Source of the DNA: Anaerolineae bacterium | GTDB taxonomy: Bacteria > Chloroflexota > Anaerolineae > SpSt-600 | Assembly: GCA_042408195.1 (NCBI GenBank) | Contig: JBHOQL010000045.1 | Coordinates: 282-64,281, forward strand | Reading direction: 5' to 3' | Length of the DNA stretch: 64,000 bases | In this document: positions 38,801 to 47,888 of the stretch, piece by piece | Layout: every line of letters starts with the position of its first letter | How positions within the stretch are numbered: the stretch's first letter is position 1 | Translations under genes and position numbers: made by a program | The notes under the pieces: model-generated | Databases searched by the model: none | What the model was told of the DNA's origin: nothing | Seen by the model: only the letters and a program-made list of their open reading frames with translations

Positions 38801-39019
38801 GGCGATGTATTCTACTGCTTTTGGGTCTGGAAGAGAGCCGGCGTAGTAAGCGTAGATGGCTGCAGCTCCTCCCATGAAAGCGAGGGAGAAAGTCAGAGTT
38901 GCGGCTAAGGCTAACAGTAATAGCCCACTGATTACCCTGAAGGCTGGGGACCCTGCACCGTTGTTCCTCTGACGGCGGGTGCGCCTGCGCATTATTATGT
39001 AAAGGGCATGGTTTCCCAT
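35816..39019 (-). CDS. Class A penicillin-binding protein (PBP1A: glycosyltransferase plus transpeptidase) with a long Ig-like C-terminal extension
   Basis: GT51 motifs (AIEDKNFY, GASTITMQLVKN, RKIKEA), transpeptidase SAFKP, a possible SxN at about SDN, and KTGTT. The C-terminal approx. 300 aa have Ig-like repeats and a KKEKKEKK tail. Confidence 0.9.
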   Translation of the reverse strand: MGNHALYIIMRRRTRRQRNNGAGSPAFRVISGLLLLALAATLTFSLAFMGGAAAIYAYYAGSLPDPKAVEYIATGSFESAKIYDRTGKHLLYEIANPFAGYRTWVPLEKIPIYLRQATIAIEDKNFYKNPGIDFEGLARAIWYNLRGYPIQGASTITMQLVKNTVIPPEERYKKTIARKIKEAILALEISRRYPKDQILEWYLNTIYYGNLAYGVEAAAQVYFGKHVWELNLAECAMLAAIPQFPAQNPIDNPEEARKRQHLVLDAMVRQGYITPEQAIEAKYYTPIKVRPLREKTGITAPHFVLYVRKLLEEEFGPDLVYKGGLKVYTTLDLDFQRLAEEEARKHIEALRSDPKIEKKPSNAAVVIMRNRTGEILAMVGSIDYWNEEIDGEVNMAISPRQPGSAFKPFTYVTALAQGFTPATMLLDVPMCFPDPPNPPYCPANYDRKYHGPQSLRNALARSYNLPAVWTLSKVGVKNVINVAHRMGITTLNADHYGLSLTLGGGEVSLLDMVFAYSVFANGGTMMGEPVPPEKRLPGYRELQPVAILRVEDKNGRILKEFKAPESRQILSPQLAYLITHILSDNKARIAAFGVNNPLQISRPAAVKTGTTDDWRDAWIIGYTPQICVGVWVGNTNNEPMERIPGARGAAPIWHNIMERAYNEGLVERLISPEPIEKDFRRPPDIIEMEVCAISGLLPNPYCPHRVKEIFIKGTEPTTYCNVHQVFLINKANGKLATIYTPPELVEERVYEIYPPEAADWVRMAGIPQPPTVYDDSYGPILQGGDVAIISPPPYSYVRGIVPIVGNARSPNFMLYRLEVGKGLNPSAWNQIGSDHYHQVDNGVLEYWDTVGLEGLYTLQLTVVDHDQTIKRSIIQVTVDNTPPKVELIHPDDGDVYVMEQDEWVNIQAYATDNISMDKVEFYLDNNKIGESSVPPYSFKWTIRMSDTIPVPGAVITALVPVTNPDGTVTWQEMAIAQSFVEGETYKLVFSNGMTIISDTVGYTETHVIHVIAYDSAGNSTQSKQIRINVVHEKKEKKEKKAALPSEVWVKRPEEVWLSSFLYWKKLS

Positions 39020-39094
39020 TCCTCCCTCCTGAACTTGCCGGTTAAATTATAAAGCTTTAAAGGGAATTTTGCCAAAATCCTCTGTTGGTTCGAC

Positions 39095-39127
39095 AAAATA
39101 AAAAACCCCGGGATTTTGACCCGGGGC
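39095..39127 (-). terminator. Rho-independent terminator of the tRNA/rnpB operon
   Basis: The minus strand reads ccccgggtcaaaatcccgggg, then TTTTTTATTTT. It lies 10 nt after the initiator tRNA. Confidence 0.75.
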
Positions 39128-39137
39128 TTGACCTCGA

Positions 39138-39209
39138 TAGCGGGGGCAGGATTTGAACCTGCGACCTCCGGGTTATGAGCCCGGTGAGCTACCGCTGCTC
39201 CACCCCGCG
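39138..39209 (-). tRNA. Initiator tRNA-Met (CAU)
   Basis: The minus strand reads cgcggggtggagcagcggtagctcaccgggctCATaacccggaggtcgcaggttcaaatcctgcccccgcta. It has three G:C pairs closing the anticodon stem and a 1:72 mismatch (C-U). No CCA is encoded. Confidence 0.9.
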
Positions 39210-39215
39210 TTCGGA

Positions 39216-39301
39216 TGCCGAGGGCGGGATTTGAACCCGCACGGGGAAGAACCCCACTGCGTCCTGAGCGCAGTGCGTCTGCCAGGTTCCGCCACCTCGG
39301 C
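39216..39301 (-). tRNA. tRNA-Leu (CAG), long variable arm
   Basis: gccgagg...ctgcg-ctCAGga-cgcag, variable arm tggggttcttccccgt, T arm gcgggttcaaatcccgc, acceptor cctcggc plus A. No CCA is encoded. Confidence 0.9.
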
Positions 39302-39714
<413 letters not shown>

Positions 39715-39716
39715 GG

Positions 39717-39801
39717 TGCAGGAGGGGGGACTCGAACCCCCACGCCCCTTACGGGGCACGGGTCCTCAGCCCGTCGCGTATGCCAGTTCCGCCACTCCTG
39801 C
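39717..39801 (-). tRNA. tRNA-Leu (GAG), long variable arm
   Basis: gcaggag...acggg-ctGAGga-cccgt, variable arm gccccgtaaggggcgt, T arm gggggttcgagtccccc, acceptor ctcctgc plus A. No CCA is encoded. Confidence 0.9.
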
Positions 39802-39805
39802 ACAA

Positions 39806-39878
39806 TGGGCCGTGAGGGAGTCGAACCCTCAGCTCCTGGCTTAAAAGGCCAGTACTCTACCTGTTGAGTTAACGGCCC
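39806..39878 (-). tRNA. tRNA-Lys (UUU)
   Basis: gggccgttaactcaacaggtagagtactggc-ctTTTaa-gccaggagctgagggttcgactccctcacggccca. No CCA is encoded. Confidence 0.9.
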
Positions 39879-39894
39879 TCCACTTTTTAAAGAG

Positions 39895-39968
39895 CGTCCC
39901 CGGCGGGATTCGAACCCACGACCTCTGACTCCGCAGGCCAGCGCTCTATCCTACTGAGCTACGGGGAC
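39895..39968 (-). tRNA. tRNA-Arg (GCG)
   Basis: gtccccgtagctcagtaggatagagcgctggc-ctGCGga-gtcagaggtcgtgggttcgaatcccgccggggacg. No CCA is encoded. Confidence 0.85.
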
Positions 39969-39989
39969 TTCGGCCCAAAACCTATATAT

Positions 39990-40018
39990 AAAATAGCACA
40001 AGTTCCCCTTCTTGTCAA
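39990..40018 (-). promoter_or_regulatory. Sigma-70 promoter of the tRNA/rnpB operon (TTGACA-17-TATTTT)
   Basis: On the minus strand, ttgaca (40013-40018), a 17-nt spacer, then tatttt (39990-39995). It lies about 22 nt upstream of tRNA-Arg. Confidence 0.6.
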
Positions 40019-40119
40019 CCCTACTGCCTGAGGCCAGGGCTTTCAACGATGTTGTTACTCTACTGCAGAAAAGCAGTGTTCGGCTCTGAACAACCTCCTT
40101 AAAATGGGCCAATCCCGCA

Positions 40120-40842
40120 TCAGGCGGAGAGCATTTTAAAGAATTCGGCAGCGTTCCGAACAGCAAAGCCAAAGGCATCGTTGTTGAAGTAAACGTAGAG
40201 GTCAAGGCCTTCCCTGAGGAAATTCTTCGCCAGTTGAGCCCAGTAGTTCAGTTCTTCCGGCCCATAAAGCCCGCCGTAAACAACGCCACTCCCGTGCATC
40301 CTTATGTAGACAAAGGAGGCCGTGACTTTGACGGGGCAAAGGAACCCGGGAAGGCTTATGAGGCAGAGAGCCACCCCTTTCTTTTCCAGCAGGCTGTATA
40401 CCCTGGGGTTGAACCAGCTTTCGTTTCGGAATTCAAAGGTGTAGGCTAGATCGCCAGGCAGAAGCTCGAGGAAAGCTTCAAGCCTCCCTACATTGCACGA
40501 CCAGTCCGGAGGTAGCTGGAATAGGATGGGACCAAGCTTCGGCCCCAGAAGCTTAGCCCTTTCAATGAAGAGTTCCACAGGCTTGTAATCCACCTTCAGC
40601 TTTTTGACATGGGTGATGAAGCGGCTGGCTTTTACACTGAAGAGAAAGTCCGGGGGAGTAATCTGACTCCACTTCCTGAAGGTTTCTTCGCTCGGCAGGC
40701 GGTAGAAGCTGTTGTTGACTTCAACCGTGTGGAAGTGGGAAGAGTAGAATTTCAACCATTCCCTCGTGGAAAGCCCCAGAGGGTAGAACACTCCCTTCCA
40801 GTGAGGGTAAATCCAGCCGGAAGTCCCAACCCAGAAGGCCAT
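40120..40842 (-). CDS. DUF72 (YecE-like) protein
   Basis: VGTSGWIYPHWKGVFYP...YSSHFHTVEVNNSFYRLP...QLPP is the canonical DUF72 signature. Confidence 0.85.
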   Translation of the reverse strand: MAFWVGTSGWIYPHWKGVFYPLGLSTREWLKFYSSHFHTVEVNNSFYRLPSEETFRKWSQITPPDFLFSVKASRFITHVKKLKVDYKPVELFIERAKLLGPKLGPILFQLPPDWSCNVGRLEAFLELLPGDLAYTFEFRNESWFNPRVYSLLEKKGVALCLISLPGFLCPVKVTASFVYIRMHGSGVVYGGLYGPEELNYWAQLAKNFLREGLDLYVYFNNDAFGFAVRNAAEFFKMLSA

Positions 40843-40860
40843 TTGGTCTCCCCAAAGGCT

Positions 40861-41841
40861 TCATTCCATTGAAGAGGTCAGGGCCGTGATCAGGAGTTCA
40901 AGGGATACGGGCCCTTCAGCTCTGCCGGTCTTGAGAGCTACATCCACTTCCAGAAGCCTCTCATAGGCTCTCTTCAGGTATTCCACCGAGAAGTTCCCGC
41001 ACTGGCGTATGGCTTTGTCCACTACGAAGGGCAAGACCCTGAGCCTGAGGGCGATCTCTCGGGAGGAGTATCCTCTGGCCATGAGGAGCTTGACCATGAG
41101 AAGGAGCCGGAGGTGTTTGCCAAGCATCCCGATTATGCCCACCATTGGTTCGCCCTGGTCCAGAAGAGAGCGCAGCACTTCCAGCGCCGCCCCTGCATCC
41201 TTCCTGCCCAGTGCATCAGTGAGGGAGAAAATGCTTGCTTCTCGCGCATAGGGAACCACAGCCTTCACATCTTCCGGAACGATAGGACGAGCTCTGTCTA
41301 CATAAATGGCCAGCTTATCCAGTTCCGTGTCCAGAATTCGCAAGTCTTCCCCCACGAAGAAGGCCAGCTCTTCGGCCGCCTCAGGGGTTATTTCCACCCC
41401 CTTTTCCCTGGCTCTGTCCCTGAGCCACTGCTTAAGCTTCTCACCCCTTATCCTCTCAAAATTGAGGAGCTTGGCTCTGCCGCTCTTTTCCAGTTCGCTC
41501 AGCAATGGATAGAGGGGGTGTTCCTCACCTACAGTCTTTTCTTCCTCCAGGACAAGGATGGTGGTAGGGGGAAGGCGAGGGAGAAATTCCCTGAGAAAAT
41601 GGACCAGTTCCTGATTCCCTCTCTCCACTCTGCTCAACAGGCCCCTCACCAGTACCATCCTCGTAGGGAGCATAAAAGGCAAAGCGTAACACGCCTCTTT
41701 CAGCTCCTCGGGCTTAACTTTCTTCCCCTCCAGCTGGGTGAAGTTCATATCCGAGAGAGGTGGTGAACCAAGGCGCTCCCTCAGCTTTTTTACGGCCTGG
41801 CTCCTGAGGAATTCCTCTTCCCCGTGGATTACGTAGAGCAT
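40861..41841 (-). CDS. holA: DNA polymerase III delta subunit
   Basis: LYVIHGEEEFLRSQAVKKL... The length and C-terminal helical domain are typical of HolA. Confidence 0.8.
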   Translation of the reverse strand: MLYVIHGEEEFLRSQAVKKLRERLGSPPLSDMNFTQLEGKKVKPEELKEACYALPFMLPTRMVLVRGLLSRVERGNQELVHFLREFLPRLPPTTILVLEEEKTVGEEHPLYPLLSELEKSGRAKLLNFERIRGEKLKQWLRDRAREKGVEITPEAAEELAFFVGEDLRILDTELDKLAIYVDRARPIVPEDVKAVVPYAREASIFSLTDALGRKDAGAALEVLRSLLDQGEPMVGIIGMLGKHLRLLLMVKLLMARGYSSREIALRLRVLPFVVDKAIRQCGNFSVEYLKRAYERLLEVDVALKTGRAEGPVSLELLITALTSSME

Positions 41842-42326
41842 ATTTCTACTTTGTGGATCCTCACCGCCCCGCGGTCAAACCGCTTTATCTCTTTTATAGA
41901 AATATCGGTCATATCCGGGGAAGTAGTAATGTAGCGCTGGACCATTAACCCTAAGGGTTGAGCCAGGAGCAAAGCCAGAGTGGCCAGGGTTATAGCTTCC
42001 GGGAGGCGGGTCCAGCGCCGGCGGGGCTTGCCTACAAGAGCCAGGAAAGCTGAAAGTCCCGCCAGAACCCCAGCAGTAGCTAGGTTTGTCCCGCACTGGG
42101 GGTGGAGAGCCAACTCTGTCTCCCCCCTTTGCAAGCGAACTAAGGCTTCGCTTACGGCTGCAGCCAGCGCCTCGGTATCCACATTGCCGTAGATATAGAA
42201 GCCCGAATCGGTGCTTCTGCCCAATATCCGAAGGTTAGGATAGCGCCAACTAAGGATGTGGATGGTGGCGTGTTCCAAGGCGTGTATTTGACGGATCTTC
42301 TGCAAGAATTTCAAAATTCTCTCCAT
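41829..42326 (-). CDS. Small uncharacterised protein with HxxEH and HPxCGTN motifs and hydrophobic segments
   Basis: IHALEHATIHIL, LHPQCGTNLATAGVLAGLSAFLAL. Overlaps the holA start by 13 nt. Confidence 0.55.
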   Translation of the reverse strand: MERILKFLQKIRQIHALEHATIHILSWRYPNLRILGRSTDSGFYIYGNVDTEALAAAVSEALVRLQRGETELALHPQCGTNLATAGVLAGLSAFLALVGKPRRRWTRLPEAITLATLALLLAQPLGLMVQRYITTSPDMTDISIKEIKRFDRGAVRIHKVEICST

Positions 42327-42330
42327 CTTA

Positions 42331-43557
42331 TTACCTCGGCAAAAGGGTGTAAACCAAGAAAGCTATTACCACAATCAGAGCTGTGGAGGGCAAAAGAAGG
42401 CGGTAGATGGGCCCCCACTTTGCCTGGAAGTAATCCCTGGTGAGGACCAGGCAGATATGGAAAGGCGAAAGGAGGACACCAATGAAACAGGCTCCGAAGG
42501 CGAAAGCCACCGTGTTCAGGTGAGGGGTGCTCCCCATCAGGATGGGGCTCAGGAGCGGAAAGGTTAGGCCAATTGCGGCTCCCGTCACTCCGGTAAGGAT
42601 TCCTGCACTCATGGGGACAAGGAAGGCCATAAGGAAGGGAGGACAGTGAAGGGCCAGAAGAGCCCTGTAGACGGCAGGGGCTGCCCCTGAGATTTCCACC
42701 ATCCTCTTGAACCCCATAATGCCCATGATCAGGAGGATGTTCCGGAGCGAAAACCCTCCCCTAAGTGCTTTCTTCATCCTTTCTAACCCAGGCCTATGCA
42801 CTATTGCGATGGAGATTATCGTCATAACGAGTAAGAGGGGGAGGTTTATCCCCAGCCCAGCCGTTCCAGCTATCACCAAGGCTACAGGCCAGATAGCGAT
42901 ACCCAGATCTCTCCAGGCTCTCCTTCTCTCTTCAATCGAATTGTCCGGAACGAGCTGGCGGGGCAAACGTCTGACCAAAACTATGCCTCCAGCCAGCATG
43001 GCCCCTAAAGTGAAGGGGGACTGAATTAAGAGGAGGGTTCTTATCGGAACACCCGTTATTGACGAGGCGATCAAAAGCGCGGGGAAGAGGGGAACTATGT
43101 ATTCCCACAGGTGGCGGAACCAGTAATTGAAAAAGGCTTTATCTTCATTACTCAGAGGCAGATCCTTTGTCGCTGCCGCCACCATGGGCGCCGAAAGGAG
43201 AGCCCCGCCGGGCATTGGCAAAAGGCCAAGGATGGCTGGAGGTATCGGAATGCTCAGCCGGCGGTCAGGCAAGAGGACGCCCAAAGATCTCACGAGCTTG
43301 TCTAGGCTGCCCACCTCCCGCAGAAGTTCCACCATCGTGGTGATGAGGAGGACAGCCGCCAGGAGCTCCAGGGTGCTACGGGAGGTTATCTCTTCGATGA
43401 AGGCGCCACTCCATTCCGGGAAAGGCCTGCTGGAAAGGAATCCCATGGCCACGGCCCCGGAAAATATCACGAGACCCACATCCACCTGACGGAAGAGGAA
43501 GAAGAGCATCGCAGCTAAGATAAGCAGAAGTCTGGCTATAAGGACTGTGTCGCTCAC
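42331..43557 (-). CDS. Polytopic membrane protein, DUF401/ion-transporter-superfamily-like
   Basis: It has about 10-12 hydrophobic helices with an internal repeat-like organisation. Overlaps the surE stop (4 nt). Confidence 0.6.
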   Translation of the reverse strand: MSDTVLIARLLLILAAMLFFLFRQVDVGLVIFSGAVAMGFLSSRPFPEWSGAFIEEITSRSTLELLAAVLLITTMVELLREVGSLDKLVRSLGVLLPDRRLSIPIPPAILGLLPMPGGALLSAPMVAAATKDLPLSNEDKAFFNYWFRHLWEYIVPLFPALLIASSITGVPIRTLLLIQSPFTLGAMLAGGIVLVRRLPRQLVPDNSIEERRRAWRDLGIAIWPVALVIAGTAGLGINLPLLLVMTIISIAIVHRPGLERMKKALRGGFSLRNILLIMGIMGFKRMVEISGAAPAVYRALLALHCPPFLMAFLVPMSAGILTGVTGAAIGLTFPLLSPILMGSTPHLNTVAFAFGACFIGVLLSPFHICLVLTRDYFQAKWGPIYRLLLPSTALIVVIAFLVYTLLPR

Positions 43558-44372
43558 TTTGCCTCCTGAATTCTGATCATTATGTTCTGGAGTTCCTGAA
43601 GGGAAATCCTGGAAGTGAGATCAAGACTCAGAGGCGTTACAGAAACAACTTTATCCACGGCTACAGCGTAGATATCCGAATCGGGCTCGAGGGTTTCAGG
43701 GTCAAAGCGGGCTTCGTAATCCATGCGGGCTTTGTCTTCGAGGAAACGGCGCGGACGAGGTTTCGGATAATGGTAACGTTGGCGGGAGAGCCTGGTAACC
43801 CTCCAAGGGGTTTCAGGGGTTGCTTCCCAGGGTATATCCACCTTGAGGATGTCAACATCGTGAAAGCGGGGCATCCTGAGCATCAGGCTGACAAAGAGCC
43901 GGGTGAAGTGCATCGCTGCGGTAAAGTCGACCTTAGGGCAAAGGCTTATGTGGAACTCTTTCGGCACCTCCAAGGAAACTGCTAAAGCCTTTATTCCAAG
44001 GTCAGCTGCCTCCAGCGCAGCCCCCACCGTTCCTGAAAGGGTTATGACTGTTCCTAGGTTTTCCCCGTAATTTATCCCAGCCACCACAAGGTCCGGGAGG
44101 CGAGGACAGATTTCAAGGGCTCCGTGGAGGACAGCCTGCGCCGGTGAGCCGTAAAGGTAGAAAGCCGGGATGGATTGCCCCCTCACCTCTATATCTTCCC
44201 GATAAAGGGAGCCATCGTGCTGGGGCAAGAGGGATCGCCCCATCCCAGTCTGCTGTTCCTTAGGAGCAACGATCACGAGTTCTCCAAAGTCCAAGAGAGC
44301 TTCGGCTGCAGCCTTAAGGCCAGGGGAACTGAAACCGTCGTCGTTGGTGAGCAGAAGCAGCGGCTTCCTCAC
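43554..44372 (-). CDS. surE: 5'/3'-nucleotidase SurE
   Basis: LLLTNDDGFSSPGLKAAAEAL...GINYGENLG...SGTVGAA. GTGA overlap with pfpI. Confidence 0.9.
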   Translation of the reverse strand: MRKPLLLLTNDDGFSSPGLKAAAEALLDFGELVIVAPKEQQTGMGRSLLPQHDGSLYREDIEVRGQSIPAFYLYGSPAQAVLHGALEICPRLPDLVVAGINYGENLGTVITLSGTVGAALEAADLGIKALAVSLEVPKEFHISLCPKVDFTAAMHFTRLFVSLMLRMPRFHDVDILKVDIPWEATPETPWRVTRLSRQRYHYPKPRPRRFLEDKARMDYEARFDPETLEPDSDIYAVAVDKVVSVTPLSLDLTSRISLQELQNIMIRIQEAK

Positions 44373-44893
44373 TTCTCGCTCAGAGCCTGCACGATTTCCC
44401 GACAGAAGGCCGGTAGATCCGCCGGCATTCTGGATGTGATAAGGTTGCCATCTCTGACCACCTCTCTATCCACGTAATTGGCGCCGGCGTTTATCACGTC
44501 ATCCTTTATGGCGAAGAAACAGGTGGCTGTGCGCCCCTTTAGTATTCCGGCCGAGATAAGGACCCACGGGCCGTGGCAGATAGAGGCTACAACTTTGCCT
44601 TTCTCAAAGGCTTCCCGCACGAACCTGAGGACGGATTCGTAGCGGCGCATCCTGTCGGGAGCGTAACCGCCGGGGACAATCACGGCATCAAAATCATCGG
44701 CACGGACTTGATCTGCCGAGAGATCTACCTGGACAGGAAGACCATGCTTTCCGGTGTACTGGCTAGCGGAGCCCGTACCGACCACCTTGACCTCGGCTCC
44801 CTCCTCCTTCATCCGGAGAAGGGGATACCAAAGTTCCAGGTCCTCGTAGATATCTTCAGCAAGGATAGCTATGCGCTTTCCCTGAAGTTTCAT
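44369..44893 (-). CDS. pfpI: DJ-1/PfpI-family protein (type 1 glutamine amidotransferase-like)
   Basis: KRIAILAEDIYEDLELWYP...DAVIVPGG...ASICHGPWVLISAG. Confidence 0.9.
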   Translation of the reverse strand: MKLQGKRIAILAEDIYEDLELWYPLLRMKEEGAEVKVVGTGSASQYTGKHGLPVQVDLSADQVRADDFDAVIVPGGYAPDRMRRYESVLRFVREAFEKGKVVASICHGPWVLISAGILKGRTATCFFAIKDDVINAGANYVDREVVRDGNLITSRMPADLPAFCREIVQALSEK

Positions 44894-44943
44894 TTCTTTA
44901 CCTCCCAGTCAGGCTGAGACAGCTTAGAAGGCTTATCTCTCAT

Positions 44944-45783
44944 TTAGAACTCTAAAGATTTTACCACATAACGGCCGTTTTCCTCAAAAATCCGCCCCGC
45001 TGGGAAAAAGGGGTCGTGTTCGAAGAAGAGGATGGCTTTTTCTTCTACGGCCCACTGTTGTATCTTGCGCCTCGTCTCTATGGTTTCCAGAGGTTCTACG
45101 TCAAAGGCTGGGATCCAGGCCAGCCTTTCCATGTTTATCGCCCAAGGAGCCAAGTCGCCCAAGAAGATGGCCTTTTCCCCTTGGCTCTCAATCAAAACGC
45201 TCTGGTGAGCCCGAGTGTGGCCCCTGGTCACTATGCAGCGGACTTCTGAGGTAACTCTAGTATCGCCGTAGAGGAGGCGAACTTTCCCCCGCTCCCAGAG
45301 GGGGATGAAGTTGTGGGCTAGGTAAGTGGCTCGGGTACGCTCGTTGGGGAAGGCTGCGTCAGCCCACTCAAGCCTCTGGATCCAATATTCAGCCCTGGGG
45401 AAAGTGGGGATTATTTCCCCCTCAATGGCCAAAGTGTTTCCTCCGCAATGGTCCGAGTGGAGGTGGGTGTTTATCACGATGTCAATGTCTTCCGGGGAGA
45501 AGCCAAGCTTTGCTAAGCTATTCAAGAGCCTCTTTTCTTCGTGGAGGCCAAAGATATCCCTCTCTTTCGGATTGAGTTTATCGCCCATGCCGGTATCCAC
45601 CAGTATCCGCTTGCCTTCGGAAATGATGAGGAGGCAGTTCAGGTTCATAGGGACCCGGTTAAGTTCATCGGGGGCTATGATTTTCTCCCAGAGGACTTTA
45701 GGGACAAGCCCGAACACTGCTCCCCCGTCCATGCGAAATGTGCCGTCGCTCACGATATAGACTTCAACATTGCCTATGCGCAT
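44944..45783 (-). CDS. MBL-fold metallo-hydrolase
   Basis: VINTHLHSDHCGGN (HxHxDH) plus downstream His/Asp ligands. Confidence 0.85.
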   Translation of the reverse strand: MRIGNVEVYIVSDGTFRMDGGAVFGLVPKVLWEKIIAPDELNRVPMNLNCLLIISEGKRILVDTGMGDKLNPKERDIFGLHEEKRLLNSLAKLGFSPEDIDIVINTHLHSDHCGGNTLAIEGEIIPTFPRAEYWIQRLEWADAAFPNERTRATYLAHNFIPLWERGKVRLLYGDTRVTSEVRCIVTRGHTRAHQSVLIESQGEKAIFLGDLAPWAINMERLAWIPAFDVEPLETIETRRKIQQWAVEEKAILFFEHDPFFPAGRIFEENGRYVVKSLEF

Positions 45784-46709
45784 GGGCTTCTCTCCTTGGC
45801 ACTTTCTTCAACGAGCTTGAGGAGATTTTCCCAGGCTTCATCCACGTTGCGCTGTATCGCTTCAATTTGCTCTTCCGTTAGGTGGCGGAAGCGTCCCTGA
45901 AGCTTGAGGTATTCGCTTACCGGGACGAATTTTTCGGGCCATACGGTTATGCGCCATTTCTTTCCGTGTTCCACTTCCAGAAGGGGGAAGACTTTGCTCT
46001 GAACAGCAAGACGGGCGAGCTTTATGGAGTCCTTTGATTCCGCTCGCCATCCAGGAGGACAAGGAGCGAGGACGTGGATGAACCTGGTGCCTTTTATTTC
46101 TTTAGCCTTCCGGAACTTCATTTCTAAGTCATCGGGGTAGCCAACGGTGGCGGTGGCAATGTAGGGTATGAGATGGGCAGCCATTATGGATACTATGTCC
46201 TTCTTGGGCTCTTCTTTGGGCCTATCGGCTGGGGTAGTGGTGGTCCAGGCCAGCCAGGGAGTGGCCGAGGAGCGCTGGATTCCGGTGTTCATGTAAGCTT
46301 CGTTATCGTAGCAGACATAGATGAAGTTTTCGTTGCGCTCAGCGGCACCGGAAAGAGCCTGAAGGCCGATGTCGAAGGTGCCGCCATCGCCAGCCCAGGC
46401 CATGACGGTCACATCTTTTTTACCCAGCACCTTGAGGGCCGCGGCAACCCCCGAAGAGAGGGAGGCCGCGGTCTCAAAGGCGGTGTGGTAAAGGGGAACA
46501 TCCAGGGACGAGTAGGGGAATGGCCCGGCTATTATGGACCAGCAGCAAGCTGGGATGACCACTATGGTGTTTTTGCCCAAAGCTTTCAGGGCTAGGCGCA
46601 TAGCTAAGGCCGCACCGCACCCAGGACACGCCACATGCCCAGGCTTGAGGAGTTCTTCTTCAGGCAATCTGTAATTTGGTTCTAACCTCGGACGAGGGTA
46701 GGTTTCCAT
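45774..46709 (-). CDS. porB: Pyruvate/2-oxoacid:ferredoxin oxidoreductase beta subunit (TPP-binding)
   Basis: GHVACPGCGAALAMRL...GDGGTFDIGLQALSGAAERNENFIYVCYDNEAYMNTGIQ. Confidence 0.9.
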   Translation of the reverse strand: METYPRPRLEPNYRLPEEELLKPGHVACPGCGAALAMRLALKALGKNTIVVIPACCWSIIAGPFPYSSLDVPLYHTAFETAASLSSGVAAALKVLGKKDVTVMAWAGDGGTFDIGLQALSGAAERNENFIYVCYDNEAYMNTGIQRSSATPWLAWTTTTPADRPKEEPKKDIVSIMAAHLIPYIATATVGYPDDLEMKFRKAKEIKGTRFIHVLAPCPPGWRAESKDSIKLARLAVQSKVFPLLEVEHGKKWRITVWPEKFVPVSEYLKLQGRFRHLTEEQIEAIQRNVDEAWENLLKLVEESAKERSPCA

Positions 46710-46723
46710 AGCTTTCCTCCTGT

Positions 46724-47878
46724 TTATCTCTTCAGGTCAAACCATATCGTATCCTCTTCTGGGCGATCGTGGGAAAGGGTATAGCGGAGTATACCGTCTA
46801 CAGTAGCTGGGGTTATATCCCTGCCACCGAGGCCGGCTATGAAAGAGAACAGAACCGGCCGGTGAGATCCACCGTAAAGGGCGGACTTTATCTCTTGGGC
46901 GAAGATTCCCCCGTGCCCAAAAGAAATGTTGCGGTCGATCACGGCCACTTTCCCCGCTTCGTTGAGGGCTTTGCGGATATCTTCAGCTGGGAAAGGTCGG
47001 AAGAGCCGCACTTTGAGGAGGCTTATTTTGTAACCTTTGGCTCTCCACTCATCGATCACATCCCGGGCCGTGCTGGTTACAGTGCCGGATGTTACCAAGA
47101 CCACCTCGGCCTCATCCTGAGGATATTTTTCCACCAGACCATAGGAGCGGCCGAAAAGCTCACCGTATTCCCTGTCGGCCTCTCTGGCAACTTCAATTGC
47201 TTCCTGGTGGGCCTGCTGGATCTTGTAGCGGAGCTCGGTCCAGTCGCTCGGGTAAACGAGGGCTCCAAAGGCTCTGGGATCGTCCACGTCAAGCTTATAC
47301 TGAGGCTGGTAAGGAGGCAGGTATTCATCCACCATTTCCTGGGGGGGAATGTCCACGATTTCCGAGGTGTGGGAGAGCAGGAAGGCATCAAGCACAACCA
47401 TAGCTGGGAGGGAGACTTTTTCGGCTACCTTGTAGGCCTGGATTACGGTGTCCAGAATTTCCTGGTTGTTTTCAACGTAGAATTGCATCCAGCCTGTATC
47501 CCTCTGGGAAAGGGTATCGTTCTGCTCGGTCCATATGTTCCAGCCGGGGGCGATAGCTCTGTTAACAGCCGCCAAGACGATTGGAAGGCGAGCCCCCGCT
47601 GCCCAGTGGATGATTTCATGCATTAGCAGAAGACCTTGGCCTGAAGTGGCGGTGAAGGCCCTTGCCCCCGTAGCTGATGCCCCCACACACGCCGCTAAGG
47701 CCGAGTGTTCCGATTCCACCTTTATGAACTCTGCGTTAAGCTCACCACTGGCACAGAAATCGGCTAAGTACTCAATGATGGGAGTCTGAGGAGTTATAGG
47801 GTAAGCAGCTATAACTTGAACCCTTGCCAGCTTAGCGCCATAAGCTACAGCCTTGTTGCCTGTAATCACTTTCTTCAT
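46724..47878 (-). CDS. porA: Pyruvate/2-oxoacid:ferredoxin oxidoreductase alpha subunit
   Basis: MKKVITGNKAVAYGAKLARVQVIAAYPITPQT...SEHSA. The ATG at 47878 is preceded by GAGGAGGA. The 20 upstream codons of the ORF track overlap the preceding gene. Confidence 0.9.
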   Translation of the reverse strand: MKKVITGNKAVAYGAKLARVQVIAAYPITPQTPIIEYLADFCASGELNAEFIKVESEHSALAACVGASATGARAFTATSGQGLLLMHEIIHWAAGARLPIVLAAVNRAIAPGWNIWTEQNDTLSQRDTGWMQFYVENNQEILDTVIQAYKVAEKVSLPAMVVLDAFLLSHTSEIVDIPPQEMVDEYLPPYQPQYKLDVDDPRAFGALVYPSDWTELRYKIQQAHQEAIEVAREADREYGELFGRSYGLVEKYPQDEAEVVLVTSGTVTSTARDVIDEWRAKGYKISLLKVRLFRPFPAEDIRKALNEAGKVAVIDRNISFGHGGIFAQEIKSALYGGSHRPVLFSFIAGLGGRDITPATVDGILRYTLSHDRPEEDTIWFDLKR

Positions 47879-47888
47879 GCTTTCCTCC

